64,000 nucleotides of DNA. Source: a virus. The stretch lies in the IMG/VR virus record IMGVR_UViG_3300046513_000343, positions 13,778 to 77,777 of that record. One strand, written 5' to 3'. The position numbers were made by a program, and so were the translations under genes. The notes below the pieces were generated by a model. It saw only the letters and a program-made list of their open reading frames with translations, did no database searches and had not been told where the DNA came from. Shown one piece after another: positions 9,116 through 19,342 of this stretch (the first letter of the stretch is position 1; every line of letters starts with the position of its first letter).

Positions 9116-10876
9116 TTAAGGGTCCACCTCCACCTCCAGATCGGGCAGTTCCAGCTCGTAAGTGAGGCTGGCCACGCCACTGGCCCAGCCGGTAGTGGTG
9201 CCGTCGATCAGGTCCAGCAGTGTCGGTGGCGACACGGTGGCGCCCACGGCCCACAGCGCCGGCAGGCCGAAGCTGCTATCGGCGTCGGTTTGTGCCGCGC
9301 CGACAACGATTTCGCCGTCGTCGGACATGGCGTAGGTGCTGGTAAACGGGCCGAGCGACTGCACCGGCTTGTCTTTGATCAGATACCAGCCGGCCGGTTC
9401 GGGCGCGTTGAAGGCCTGCGACGTGGTGGTGACGGTGGTGTCCGGGATACCGAATTCGGGCGGGTGCTGGAACACGTCAACGGTGATGACGGTGTTGAGC
9501 GGCGACGCAATGCTGTTGCCGGCCAGGGTCACGCCGTCGCCGTCGATGGCGACCAGGTCGCCGTCGTTGTAGAAGGCGTATTTGCCGGGGTTGTCCACCT
9601 CGGGTAGCGGCATTTGCCACAGGAAGGCGGTGTTGGGCGAGAGCGGGTCGGCCACCAGCGGGTACTGGTCGGGCGGGCTGACGCCGTCGCTGTTGTCGAT
9701 GTGGTAGACGGTGCTGACCATGCTCAGGTGCATCGAGTAGCCGGCCACCAGGCCGGCGTCGTTGATATCGACCGGCAGGCTCTGGTCGCCGTCTTCCCCC
9801 GGCCCATACAGGCCATCCTGCGCTGGATGCACCGTGCCCCCCGAGGTCACGCCATACGGCTCGGTGGTGGTGCCCGGCACCGGGATGCGCTGCAGGGCAC
9901 CGTCGGCATCCCATGCCACGCCCACGTAGGACGGCATCGGGGTCAATTCGCGCATCACCCCGCACATCAGGCGCCCGTCGGGCGAAATGCTGGGGGCGCA
10001 GTCGAAGCGCAGTTTGTTGGCGCGTGACGGCCGCGGCGGGATGCCGATGCCCATCGCGCCCAGGCCCAGGTCTGACATGAGCGTAACGTCCCCCGGACCG
10101 TCGTCCGGCGCGGCGTCCCAGCGCCAGACGGCGTAGCTGTCGTCGTCGTTGCGGCAGATGCCGCAGATGGCGGCGCCGTCGGCTGACACGTCGGTGGCGA
10201 TCGCGTAGTGGCCGCTGCCGATCGTGCCCAGCGCTTGCATGCCGTCATCCTCGGTCCAGCGGAAGGCGAAGGTGCCGCTCGGCCCCTGCGAATAGCCAAC
10301 GATGGTCGTGCCGTCGATGGAAATGGCCAGCGCCTCGCCGGTGACGCAGTCGGGCAGGAAGCCCAGTTCGAGCGGCTGGTTGTCATGGATGAAACCCCAG
10401 GCAACCGGGTGCAAATGGTCGGCGCCATTGGCGCACACGCCGCAAACGAGGGTATCCGGGTAGTCGAGTTTTTGCTTGATCAGGGCGCGCTTGCGGCGCG
10501 GCTCCAGCACCGGCTCACTCGGGGTGTCACTTGGCTGCTCCGGCGTCTCGGGCGATTCCAGCGCCTCGCTGGGCTGCGGCGCCGTCGTCACCGACTCGGC
10601 TGTCGGCGGCACGCTGATGCGCAGCGTGTCGTGGCCGTCATTGGTGATGACCTCGATGCGGGTGCCGTCGGCCAGCACGCGGCGCTCCATGTAGAAGCCG
10701 CCCGCTTCGCCGTTGGCGGTACGCTCGTTGACGCCGTAGTGCGTCTTCATGCGCCCGAGCATGGCGCGTGCGGTGCCGATATAGCCCTTGGCCGCCTCCA
10801 GGTCGCCAAACAGCGTGGTGCGCAGCCAGCCGGTGGCGATCGGCTCGTCCAGCACCAGGTCCGGCTTGTTCTGCAT
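9116..10876 (-). CDS. Tail-associated protein with HAF-type repeats
   Basis: Start MQNKPDL overlaps the upstream stop (TGATG); motif AFRWTEDDGMQALGTIGSGHYAIATDVSADG. Confidence 0.7.
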   Translation of the reverse strand: MQNKPDLVLDEPIATGWLRTTLFGDLEAAKGYIGTARAMLGRMKTHYGVNERTANGEAGGFYMERRVLADGTRIEVITNDGHDTLRISVPPTAESVTTAPQPSEALESPETPEQPSDTPSEPVLEPRRKRALIKQKLDYPDTLVCGVCANGADHLHPVAWGFIHDNQPLELGFLPDCVTGEALAISIDGTTIVGYSQGPSGTFAFRWTEDDGMQALGTIGSGHYAIATDVSADGAAICGICRNDDDSYAVWRWDAAPDDGPGDVTLMSDLGLGAMGIGIPPRPSRANKLRFDCAPSISPDGRLMCGVMRELTPMPSYVGVAWDADGALQRIPVPGTTTEPYGVTSGGTVHPAQDGLYGPGEDGDQSLPVDINDAGLVAGYSMHLSMVSTVYHIDNSDGVSPPDQYPLVADPLSPNTAFLWQMPLPEVDNPGKYAFYNDGDLVAIDGDGVTLAGNSIASPLNTVITVDVFQHPPEFGIPDTTVTTTSQAFNAPEPAGWYLIKDKPVQSLGPFTSTYAMSDDGEIVVGAAQTDADSSFGLPALWAVGATVSPPTLLDLIDGTTTGWASGVASLTYELELPDLEVEVDP

Positions 10877-13716
10877 CAGATGCGCCGCGTCAGCATGGTC
10901 GCGTCGAGCGTCAGGGCATCGAGCGCGAAGTCGGCCCCAAGCCGGTTGGCCAGCCGCCATTGCCAGTAGCGCCCATCGACGCCGCGGCCGAACTTGACGC
11001 GGGCGGCATGCTCCTGGGCGAGCTGGTTCGGTTGCAGCGCATACACGTATTCGTGGTGGCTGTCGGTGATCATGGTCAGTTCCAGGTCGCCGCCGGCGGC
11101 ATAGCCGACATAGCCGGCCAGCACGCGCTTGAACTGTTCCGCTTTCAGGTCCGACACGCCGGACGCCAGCATGGCGGCGATCGGGCTGCCGTCGTCGTCC
11201 TCACCAATCAGGGCGACGATGCCGCCGCTGGTGGCCGCCAGCAGCAGGCCGTTGAACTGCGCCAGGCTGTTGAAGGCCAGCCCGGCATAATTACTCACCG
11301 CCTTGGTGTGGGTATTGAGGACAATGCCGGTAAACACCGGCGCCGGCACGCTGGCCATGCCGGCCACGCCGGCCGCCGCCAGCGTGAACAGCGGCAGCGT
11401 GACGCTGGCCACGCCCACCGTGTCGGCATAGCCGTCGGCCGACAGGCTCACCAACGGCAGGGTCAAGGTGCCGCTGCTGATGGTTCCCGCGTCCAGCGTG
11501 CCGCGCAGGGTCCAGGTGGCGAGTTGCACGGCGCCGGCGCCGACGCCGCTGACCTCGCCGCTGGCGGCCACGCGCCACTCGGCCAGTGTGATATCGCCGG
11601 CGCCGGCGCCGCTGGCGAAGGCGGTAGCGGAAAGCGTCAACGCCTGCAGCAGCGCGCCGCCATCGGCGAACATATCGCCGCTGGCATCCGCGTCCAGCGT
11701 GGCGCGCCCCAGCACGGCGTCGCCTGCGCTCATCGTCCCGGTCAGCAGCGCGGCGTCGGCCGCGGCCAGCGGCAGCGTGACAGTGCCGTCCGCCAGGCCT
11801 TGCGCCGGGCCGAAGTCGGCCGCCAGCGTGAATTTATCCAGCAGCACGCCCGCCGTGCCGAGATTGCCCGCCAGCGCGCTGCCGGCCGCATCCAGCAGCG
11901 GCAGGAACAAGGCGCCTTCCGGTCCGCCTTCGGCCGTCAGCAAGGGCAGCGTCAGCGCGCCGGCGCCGACGGAGCCCTGCAGCACCGCGCCGGCCACGCT
12001 CAGCAGGGGCAATGGCAGGTCGTTGTCGGGCCGGGTGTCGGCCAGCAAGGTCAGCCCCGGCCAGTCGATCGCGCCCACCGCCGCGCTGCCGGCCAGTCCG
12101 GCCCCGCTCGCATCCAGCAACGGCAGCGTGACCGCTCCCTCGGGGCCGCCTTCGGCATGCAGCAGCGGCAGCGCGACGGCGCCGTCGGCGACATTGCCGA
12201 GGATGGCGTCAGCGTCGGCGGTCAAGGTCAGCAGCGGGTTGTCGCCAGCGGCCACGCTGCCGCCGAGCAGGCTCGCGTCCAGCGTCAGTTCCTCGGTGGC
12301 CAGCGGCGCGTCCATCGCGCCCACCACCATGATCATGCTGCGCAGCGTCAGGCTGCCGGTGGCGACTGTGCCGCCCTCGCCGCTCGCATCGAGCGTCAGC
12401 CAAGGCAGCGGCAGGGCTGGTTCGAGCGCGCCGGCGCTGTCCATGGGCAGCAGCGCCAAGTTGCCGCCGGCGGCCATGTGGTGCGGGAAGCCGGTGGCGG
12501 CCAGGCTCAAAGGCAACAGAGTCGCCTCGCCGTCGGGCGTGCGCAGGCCGGTCGCGGCCAGCGTCAGCGCTTCCATCGTCAAGCTGCCGCCCACATAGGT
12601 GTCGGTCGGCACGTTGAGCAGGCCGTTGGCGCTCAGCTCCAAGAGCGTGAGGTCGCCGTCGTTGGACGGCGGCGCGCTCAAGGTATAGGTGCGCGCCTCG
12701 CCGTAGGTGTTCCACGGCGTTTGTCCGGTTTGCGTGTCGGCCACCTGCCAGCTGGCGCCGTCGTAATACTCCAGCGTCCACGCCGACGGCTGCTGGTTGG
12801 TGGAATTGGCCGTTTTATGGCTGGGCGCGCTGACTACGTATTCAACGACGGCATACGGCGCATTGAATTCGTATTCCAGCCAGGGCGTGCTGGCCCCGCT
12901 GGCGTACCAGTAGGTGTCGATGGTGTTGTCGAACGCCTGGACGGCGCCGTAGGAGTAGCCATACGCGCCGCCGGTGGGCGCGTCGGCCGCCGAGGCGGTG
13001 GCGGTGCCGTCGGCGCTGGTGAGCGTGAAGGCGACATCGTAGCCCTGGTTGACCACGCCGGCGCCAAAGGTGGCCGCCAGCGCGTAGTAGTAGCCGTCGC
13101 TGATGCCGGCGATCAGGCCCTCGGCCGCGCCGGCATAGCCGCTGGTGCCGAAGTCGATGCGCAGCGTGTTCGGCGCGGCGGAGGCGAAGGTGACTTCCCA
13201 TACCGTGTCGGCCGAGCCGGGGTCGGTGTCCTGCGAACACATTTCAAGGCGGATGCGGAACGTCGTGCCGCTGTTCTCGGCGCCCGCGTACAGCCGGCGC
13301 GTGCCGCTGAAGCCGGAATCGTTGCCGGGACTGTGGAAGATGCTGGGGAAGCCCTTGGGGGTGTTCTCGACCTGGAAGTAGTCCCAGCCGTAGGTGGCGC
13401 CGTCGGTGCTAAATTCGATCTGCCCGTCATCGGTGATGAAGCAGCTCGAATACGACACGCCGCCCAGGATGACGGCGAACGGGAAGGTGACGGTATGCCA
13501 GTTATACGACGAGAACGCGCCGACGATGGTCGACAGCGACGCGGTGCCCAGCAGGCTGGCGGCGCCGGTGTTGGTGGCGCTGACGGTGAAGAAATCGCGC
13601 ACGTACTGGTGCGCGACCCCGACGCTGGAACGCAGTTCCAGGCCGCCAACGCCGTAGCCGAAAGAGCTGCCGGCGTTGGCGGTCATGTTGAGCCGCCACT
13701 TGGTCGGGGCCGTCAT
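10876..13716 (-). CDS. Tail fibre-like protein with discoidin (F5/8 type C)-like domain and GAVTLPLL repeats
   Basis: 946 aa; AFDNTIDTYW..WLEYEF..QPSAWTLEYYDGASWQV. Confidence 0.7.
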   Translation of the reverse strand: MTAPTKWRLNMTANAGSSFGYGVGGLELRSSVGVAHQYVRDFFTVSATNTGAASLLGTASLSTIVGAFSSYNWHTVTFPFAVILGGVSYSSCFITDDGQIEFSTDGATYGWDYFQVENTPKGFPSIFHSPGNDSGFSGTRRLYAGAENSGTTFRIRLEMCSQDTDPGSADTVWEVTFASAAPNTLRIDFGTSGYAGAAEGLIAGISDGYYYALAATFGAGVVNQGYDVAFTLTSADGTATASAADAPTGGAYGYSYGAVQAFDNTIDTYWYASGASTPWLEYEFNAPYAVVEYVVSAPSHKTANSTNQQPSAWTLEYYDGASWQVADTQTGQTPWNTYGEARTYTLSAPPSNDGDLTLLELSANGLLNVPTDTYVGGSLTMEALTLAATGLRTPDGEATLLPLSLAATGFPHHMAAGGNLALLPMDSAGALEPALPLPWLTLDASGEGGTVATGSLTLRSMIMVVGAMDAPLATEELTLDASLLGGSVAAGDNPLLTLTADADAILGNVADGAVALPLLHAEGGPEGAVTLPLLDASGAGLAGSAAVGAIDWPGLTLLADTRPDNDLPLPLLSVAGAVLQGSVGAGALTLPLLTAEGGPEGALFLPLLDAAGSALAGNLGTAGVLLDKFTLAADFGPAQGLADGTVTLPLAAADAALLTGTMSAGDAVLGRATLDADASGDMFADGGALLQALTLSATAFASGAGAGDITLAEWRVAASGEVSGVGAGAVQLATWTLRGTLDAGTISSGTLTLPLVSLSADGYADTVGVASVTLPLFTLAAAGVAGMASVPAPVFTGIVLNTHTKAVSNYAGLAFNSLAQFNGLLLAATSGGIVALIGEDDDGSPIAAMLASGVSDLKAEQFKRVLAGYVGYAAGGDLELTMITDSHHEYVYALQPNQLAQEHAARVKFGRGVDGRYWQWRLANRLGADFALDALTLDATMLTRRI

Positions 13717-13732
13717 CGCGCGCTCCCGCCGC

Positions 13733-14503
13733 TTACGAGGTTGGCAGGGTGATCGGGAACGAGCTGATGGTCTGCGTCGCGCCGGAGGTGATGCTGGTGG
13801 AAGACATGTTCAGCTGCGCACCGCTGGTGGAGATCGCGCCGTCCAGGCGGATCTCGGTCTCGGCCGAATCGAGCGCGCCCGAGTCGGCCACCGCGCCGAC
13901 GAAGCGGAACCAGCCGGCGGTGCCGGTGGCGCCGGCGATGCCGGACCAGGTCTGCGCGGCCAGTTTCGGCAGCACGCCAGCGGCGGCGACGCCGAAATTG
14001 AGGCCGTTGACGGCGGTCACGCCGCTGGCCATGTTGACATCGGTGCTGGTCATGGTGGTGCAGGTGGCATCGACCACGAAGCCGTTCGGGCCGGCGCCCG
14101 AGCCGCGCTTGGCACGGATGGTCACCACCGCGCCGGACGAGGTGGCGCTGTATTCCGGGTCGGAGGCGGCATTGTTGACCGCCAGCGCCAGGTCCACGGC
14201 GGTCTGCGTGAGCGAGGAATTGAACGGCACGGCGGCGTCAATGATGGCGATGCCGTCCACCGTCAGCGCGGTCACCGAGCCGGCCGAGCCGGCCAGGGTG
14301 ACGGTGCCGCTGGCCAGCACTTCGGCGGTGTGCGAGCCCGAGGCGTCGGTGATGGTGGCCAAGAGCGTGCCGGTCGGGGCGGCGTCGGCGGTGGCCGGCT
14401 GGGCGCCGCTGTAGACAAGGATTTTGCCGCCTTGCAGGGTGTCCTTGAGCGAGCCGCCCGAGAGAACGTGATTGCGCAGCGCAGAGCTGAGACGAAGGGT
14501 CAT
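13733..14503 (-). CDS. Virion structural protein, paralog of 45586-46005
   Basis: Start MTLRLSSALRN after GGAG; motifs IYSGAQPATAD, TGTAGWFR, DGAISTSGAQLN. Confidence 0.75.
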   Translation of the reverse strand: MTLRLSSALRNHVLSGGSLKDTLQGGKILVYSGAQPATADAAPTGTLLATITDASGSHTAEVLASGTVTLAGSAGSVTALTVDGIAIIDAAVPFNSSLTQTAVDLALAVNNAASDPEYSATSSGAVVTIRAKRGSGAGPNGFVVDATCTTMTSTDVNMASGVTAVNGLNFGVAAAGVLPKLAAQTWSGIAGATGTAGWFRFVGAVADSGALDSAETEIRLDGAISTSGAQLNMSSTSITSGATQTISSFPITLPTS

Positions 14504-14540
14504 GGTAATTCTCCAAAGGAAGCCCCGCAAACGCCGGGCG

Positions 14541-14564
14541 AAAAAAAACCCGCGGCTGCGGGTT
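14541..14564 (-). terminator. Intrinsic terminator
   Basis: AACCCGC-AGCC-GCGGGTT followed by a T run on the minus strand. Confidence 0.75.
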
Positions 14565-14587
14565 CGAGGGGTGATGCAGGAAAAGGG

Positions 14588-15769
14588 TCAGCTCAGGAAC
14601 AGCAGGTACTGGTTCAGCAGGGCCGAACGGCGGAAATGCGCCGCCCCGGTGGCGCTGGCGGCGTAGCGGTAACGCTCATGGGTCAGGTTCTGCACCGAGC
14701 CGTCCGGGGTGCCCAGGCAGATGCCCAGGCCGGTGGCGAACAGCACGCATTGCTGGCCGGCCAGGCCGGCGTTGCCGCTGACGGCGTAACCGTCGGCGGC
14801 GACGGCGCTGCGCGCGATGCCGGCGCTGTCGACCACCACCTTGCGCGTCAGGTCTTCGAGCCGGTCACCGGCCAGGAAATACACTTGCTGCTCGGTGCCG
14901 ACGAACAGGCCATGCTCGACGGCGGCCACAAAAACGATGGTGCTGCCGTCCAGCGGAACATAGTCGCGCCGGTCGCAGTATTCGTAGCCCAGCGCGGCGC
15001 TGGCGAACAGCACATTGCCGGCGGCGATGATGATGCGGCCGCGGTGCACGGCCAGGCACTGCCCGGCCGGCGGCTGATCGAGCCATTGCGTGGCCAGCGG
15101 CAGCGTCGCTCGGCCGCTGGTGATGTCCACGCCGCCGTCGCTGGCGGCGACGATGGCGGCCTGATACAGCGTCTTGCCGTCCGGTTCGGACAGGTAGACG
15201 GCAACCTCGACCAGTGCCGGATCGGCCGGCACCGGCCAGGTCACGCGCACGCCGCCGTTGTCGGGCAGCGTGATCAGCGAGGTGATGCCGGCGCCGGACT
15301 CCTGGCCGTCGGCGCGCAAGGTGGTGAGTACCGCCTGATAGGCGCCGGCAGTCAAGGCGCCGGGGATGGCCGCCAGGCCGGGCGGCTCCGGCAGCGGCAT
15401 GCCCCAGCTGCGCGAACGGCCGCCCGCCAGCGCGCCGCTCTGCTGGCCGTTGCTCCAGTAGATATTGCCGTTGACGGCGACGTAATTGTTGGGCACATCG
15501 GCCAGCAGGCCGGTGGCCAGCGTGGTGCTGCTGAAGTCGGCGTTGAGCCGCTTGAGGGCGGGGCCGGCCACATACAGGCAGGTGTCGCCTTCGGCCCACA
15601 GCGAGTGGGCGGCGCCGGCCACCTGCAAGGTGGTGCCGGCGCGGCGCGCCACGCGCCCGCTGTCGTCGATGTCGACGTTGACCGCCTCGCTCAGGTCTTC
15701 CGGCGCCAGCCGTTCGGCCGGCAGCGTGTTGCGGATGCCGGCGAAGGCTTTGTAAGTAGCTTCGGCCAT
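14588..15769 (-). CDS. Putative podovirus tail nozzle / tail tubular protein B-like
   Basis: N-terminal FAGIRN..L.EAVNVDIDDSGRVARRAG pattern; follows the adaptor gene. Confidence 0.6.
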   Translation of the reverse strand: MAEATYKAFAGIRNTLPAERLAPEDLSEAVNVDIDDSGRVARRAGTTLQVAGAAHSLWAEGDTCLYVAGPALKRLNADFSSTTLATGLLADVPNNYVAVNGNIYWSNGQQSGALAGGRSRSWGMPLPEPPGLAAIPGALTAGAYQAVLTTLRADGQESGAGITSLITLPDNGGVRVTWPVPADPALVEVAVYLSEPDGKTLYQAAIVAASDGGVDITSGRATLPLATQWLDQPPAGQCLAVHRGRIIIAAGNVLFASAALGYEYCDRRDYVPLDGSTIVFVAAVEHGLFVGTEQQVYFLAGDRLEDLTRKVVVDSAGIARSAVAADGYAVSGNAGLAGQQCVLFATGLGICLGTPDGSVQNLTHERYRYAASATGAAHFRRSALLNQYLLFLS

Positions 15770-15811
15770 GATGTAGAATCCTTTCCCTTTGTAAATCTTT
15801 CAGGAGGGCCA

Positions 15812-16042
15812 ATGGCCGAAAATATGGAAGTGATGGCATTGGCGCACAAGGTCCATGTGGACCTGGGCGCGTTGGCCACCATCTTGCTGGTGGTAGAAAA
15901 CGACGACGACGCCTCGGTTGGCATCGTCCTTCCTATCCATTTCAAACACCGCGAGGACTTGGCGCTGGCACTGGAAGCGCTGGCCGAGAAGGTGCGCTCG
16001 GCAAGCTACCCCGACGCAGGCAGCCGGGTCTACAGCAACTAA
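15812..16042 (+). CDS. Hypothetical 76-aa moron gene antisense to the tail operon
   Basis: CAGGAGG RBS, ATG 15812, upstream TTGTAA-18-TAGAAT; exactly fills the gap between two minus-strand genes. Confidence 0.65.
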   Translation: MAENMEVMALAHKVHVDLGALATILLVVENDDDASVGIVLPIHFKHREDLALALEALAEKVRSASYPDAGSRVYSN

Positions 16043-16698
16043 AAGGTCCCGTCCATATAGCTCTGTTCACGCTCGATCCAGGTCTCGTCGATCGCCGACG
16101 ACTTCTTGCCGAACTCCTGTTCGAACAGGGCCAGCGCATCGGCCGACTTTTTCGGGTCGTTGGCCTGGCTATCCTGTTTGCTGTAGGCGCGGAACATCAT
16201 CCAGTAGCGCAGACTGCGGTGAAAGCGCGGCGCGATCTCGGGGCTGTCCTCGTCGTCGTTCATGTCCTCCAGCGGCGTGCGCACCACCGTCAACAGCAGC
16301 ACGTCGTCCTCGTCCGGGGCGGGCCATAGCAGCAGCTTGCCGGTCTGGTAGTCGGTGATGAACATGCGCGGCGTGCCGGCCGGGGCGTTTTGCCAGTAGG
16401 GATTGTCCGTTTCCATGTCCTGCATGTTCATGCGCGCCAGCGGGCGGGCGCCCTCGATGCGGGCGCGGCGCACGAACATGATGCGCGGGTCGAGCGTAAC
16501 CAGGCCGCCACCGGCCGCCAGCACCTCCACCACGCAGATTTCGGCGGTGCTGGAATCGACCAGCAGGCGCGCGCGCCGGCACGCCTCGCCCTCGGCGTCG
16601 TTGGCGAAGTCGATGGCTTCCTCGTCGCTCCACAGGAAGGGCTCGGTGGCATCGTCCACCTCGTTGCGGAACAACGCCGTCAGGTCGCGCAGGTTCAT
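16039..16698 (-). CDS. Head-tail adaptor / tail tubular protein A-like
   Basis: MNLRDLTALFRNEVDD..FLWSDEEAIDFANDAEGEACRR..LLLWPAP..PEIAPRFHRSL. Confidence 0.7.
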   Translation of the reverse strand: MNLRDLTALFRNEVDDATEPFLWSDEEAIDFANDAEGEACRRARLLVDSSTAEICVVEVLAAGGGLVTLDPRIMFVRRARIEGARPLARMNMQDMETDNPYWQNAPAGTPRMFITDYQTGKLLLWPAPDEDDVLLLTVVRTPLEDMNDDEDSPEIAPRFHRSLRYWMMFRAYSKQDSQANDPKKSADALALFEQEFGKKSSAIDETWIEREQSYMDGTF

Positions 16699-17156
16699 GG
16701 AAGCTCCAGGGAGGGGAACGTCAGGGTATCGACGCCATTGCCGCAGCCGGCGCACACCAGCGAGGTGATTTCAACGGCGCGGCGGGCGTCGTGCCCGGCC
16801 AGCATGACGGCCATGGCCGCCTCCTTGCCGGCGCCGATGGCGTAGCGGTTGCCGAATTCGCCTTCGGCGTAGATGACCGGATACGGCGTGTTCTGGTACA
16901 CCTTGACGGTGCCGTCCGGCGCGATCGCCAGCATGGTCAAATTGTCGAGCTTGCGCAGCGACTCGTGGAAGGCGGCCGGATCGGCGCCCGCGGCGAACCA
17001 CGCCTGCATTTCCCGCGCAGCAGAAGCCGGGCCGGCGCAGCCGACCAGGTGGCCGGCAAGGCACGCGATCTTGATCACGCTGTTGCACTTGATCCAGCTG
17101 TCGCCGGCCTCGCGGTCGGCGGCCAGGGTCCGGCCATCCCATGCAATGACGGTCAA
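16695..17156 (-). CDS. HslV/proteasome-beta-like Ntn threonine peptidase
   Basis: TTG start overlapping the upstream stop gives M-TVIAWDGRTLAAD (N-terminal Thr); also KI, GCAG and YAIGAG motifs. Confidence 0.7.
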   Translation of the reverse strand: MTVIAWDGRTLAADREAGDSWIKCNSVIKIACLAGHLVGCAGPASAAREMQAWFAAGADPAAFHESLRKLDNLTMLAIAPDGTVKVYQNTPYPVIYAEGEFGNRYAIGAGKEAAMAVMLAGHDARRAVEITSLVCAGCGNGVDTLTFPSLELP

Positions 17157-18787
17157 TTTGCGTCCTTCCACGCCGCGTAGGCGGCCTTGATGGCGTCGAA
17201 CACGCGGCTTGGGGCGATGTGGCTCTGACAGCTGGACGCGCCGGTGGCCTCGTCCTCGACACAGTAGATTTTCCCGTAATGCAGGCGGTGACAGGCTTGG
17301 TCGTTGCAAACCGGGTTGGCCGGGTTGAACGGCGCCGCCAGGCTCTCCGTGTTGAGCCAGTGCTTGGTCAGGTTCTCGACCGATGAATGCGACAGCAGCG
17401 CCACCTTGGCCACCTTGGCCTCGAAAGCGACCGCGTTCAGCACGCCCGTTTCCGGCCCCACCACGCAGTCGGCCATGGTGGCCAGGGTCAGGGTTTCACG
17501 TATGCTCTGTTTGCCCGACGCGCGGTACACGCGCGGCTCGATCTCCCAGCCCGCTTCCAGAATCTGGCAGGCCATGTCGCCGGTGAGGATGACAACGGCC
17601 TCGGGCAGCTCCAGCAGCAGCTTGGCGATCACCGCGTCCATGTGCGGGTAGAACTTGTGCATGCTCGACCCGGCCAGCGCCCACACGATGAAAAAACAGT
17701 CCGGGGTTGGCACGCCGATCATCAGGTCTTTCGGCGCACGCGACAGGCGGATGCCGGTCAGGTAGCCGGCCGCGATGCCCTGCTCGTACAGGCTGGGGTA
17801 GAACTTGGCGTCGGAGCGGTACGGCAGCTCGGCCAGTTCGGCGCACCATTCCAGGTAGTTGCGGTTCAGCTCCATGTGGCGCACCGCATGCGGCCAAGCG
17901 TGGTTGGCGCGGCCCGGCATGGCCAGCAAGGTGCCCTCGATCGACTCGGACAGCTGGATGAACTTGGTGTAGCGGCGCGCGATGGCTTCCCAAAACAGCG
18001 GCAGCTGGTGGTTCGGCACCTGGTCCGGGTCGACGATCAGCCAGTCGTCGATGTGCGGGTCGTGCAGCAGGATATCCTGCCCGCTGGGGGTGGTGTTGAG
18101 GGTGATGTGATAGCCCTGCCGTTTCAGTTCCGGCAGCAGGGCGGAAGCCATGAGCATGTCGCCGAAGCCGCCGAAGCGGGAAATACACGCTGTCTTGGTG
18201 GGGCGCGGCGCCAGGTAGCTGTGCAGGCTGGCGTCGTTCTCGTCGCGCTCGATCTTGCGCAGCACCAGCAGGAACGAGTATTCCATGCGCTGGGCGCGCG
18301 TCTCGCAGAGCAGCACATCGCAGGCGTTGCCGACCTCGCGCGTGATCTCCGTCATGGTGTCGATGATGTCCTGCGGCTTGAAGTCGTGCTTGTGGTCCGG
18401 GTTCGCGCCCGGCTGGCCGATGCGCGGGTACAGGTCGCGGTGCGGCAGGTACAGGACCATGTGCCCGCCCACCTTGATGATGCGCCACCACTCGCGCAGT
18501 GCGCCCTGGTAGTCCTCGATGTGTTCCAGCAGGTGCGAGGAAAAGACGAAATCGAGTTTGCCGGTCGGGACCTGCGGCAGGCTGGCCGCGTCCTCAACCA
18601 CGTTGTCCGGCTCCATTTCAATGCCGAACAGCGCGGTGTCCTTCTTGGAATCGACGCCGATGAAATGCGGGAAGGCCTTGTGCGGGCCGCAGCCGATGTC
18701 CAGCCCGAGGCCGCGCGTGTACTGCGCGATCTCGAACTTGACCTTGGATGCCTCATCGCCCTCGGGGTCAGAAATGCGCCAGATCAC
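17153..18787 (-). CDS. Class I SAM methyltransferase fused to GT9 (ADP-heptose heptosyltransferase-like) glycosyltransferase
   Basis: LDIGCG..FSSHLLEHI..LREWWRIIKVGG, then RFGGFGDMLMASALLPELK and ADCVVGPETGVLNAVA. Confidence 0.8.
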   Translation of the reverse strand: MIWRISDPEGDEASKVKFEIAQYTRGLGLDIGCGPHKAFPHFIGVDSKKDTALFGIEMEPDNVVEDAASLPQVPTGKLDFVFSSHLLEHIEDYQGALREWWRIIKVGGHMVLYLPHRDLYPRIGQPGANPDHKHDFKPQDIIDTMTEITREVGNACDVLLCETRAQRMEYSFLLVLRKIERDENDASLHSYLAPRPTKTACISRFGGFGDMLMASALLPELKRQGYHITLNTTPSGQDILLHDPHIDDWLIVDPDQVPNHQLPLFWEAIARRYTKFIQLSESIEGTLLAMPGRANHAWPHAVRHMELNRNYLEWCAELAELPYRSDAKFYPSLYEQGIAAGYLTGIRLSRAPKDLMIGVPTPDCFFIVWALAGSSMHKFYPHMDAVIAKLLLELPEAVVILTGDMACQILEAGWEIEPRVYRASGKQSIRETLTLATMADCVVGPETGVLNAVAFEAKVAKVALLSHSSVENLTKHWLNTESLAAPFNPANPVCNDQACHRLHYGKIYCVEDEATGASSCQSHIAPSRVFDAIKAAYAAWKDAN

Positions 18788-19023
18788 GCTTCACCCAGCT
18801 GGGCGTCGAGCTGGGCGTCCTGTGCCAGCGGTTCGGCGGCAGCCCTGGCCTTCTTCGGCGCAGGCTTGTCCGGCGCCACATCAGGCAGCGGGTCGGGCTC
18901 CGGCGCGACCCACACGTTGCCGTCGGCCATGAAGAACTGGTGGTCCTGTTCGTACATGCGGCCGAACTCGTCGCCAGATATCGTGCCGAACTGGCGCTTG
19001 CGGTCGAGGGTCGGGGCGGCCAT
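18784..19023 (-). CDS. Hypothetical protein, head region
   Basis: 79 aa; overlaps both neighbours, consistent with translational coupling. Confidence 0.65.
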   Translation of the reverse strand: MAAPTLDRKRQFGTISGDEFGRMYEQDHQFFMADGNVWVAPEPDPLPDVAPDKPAPKKARAAAEPLAQDAQLDAQLGEA

Positions 19024-19295
19024 CAGTAGGCTACCTTGTCTTCGGCGGCGTCTTCCTCGGCGTCGCCCTTGGCCGGGCCGAAGGTCGGATCGTCAACGTA
19101 GCACTCGTCCATCGGGTCGCTCTTGGTCGCGCCGGTGATCTTGCCGATGGTGTTGGTGGCCTCCAGGTCCAGGCTCATGCCCTCGTCGTGGGTGTTGTAG
19201 CCGGTCATGCCGGTGCTGGTGCCTTTGTCTGGCATGGGTTTGCGGTCGCCCATCACGACGCCGGTGCCGTCTGGTTTGTAGTTTGATTCGGACAT
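19023..19295 (-). CDS. Hypothetical protein, head region
   Basis: AAGGAG RBS before MSESNYKP. Confidence 0.65.
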   Translation of the reverse strand: MSESNYKPDGTGVVMGDRKPMPDKGTSTGMTGYNTHDEGMSLDLEATNTIGKITGATKSDPMDECYVDDPTFGPAKGDAEEDAAEDKVAY

Positions 19296-19342
19296 GTCAA
19301 TCTCCTTCGTTGGTGGTGGTCTGCGGTGGTAAGTGGCGGGGC

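Noticed and set aside
153-16042. Long plus-strand ORFs (153-2354, 4016-6484, 7205-9085, 10768-13752, most of 13676-16042)
   Set aside because: Antisense shadows of high-GC minus-strand genes, with Arg/Gly-rich nonsense composition. Only the last 76 codons of 13676-16042 look real.
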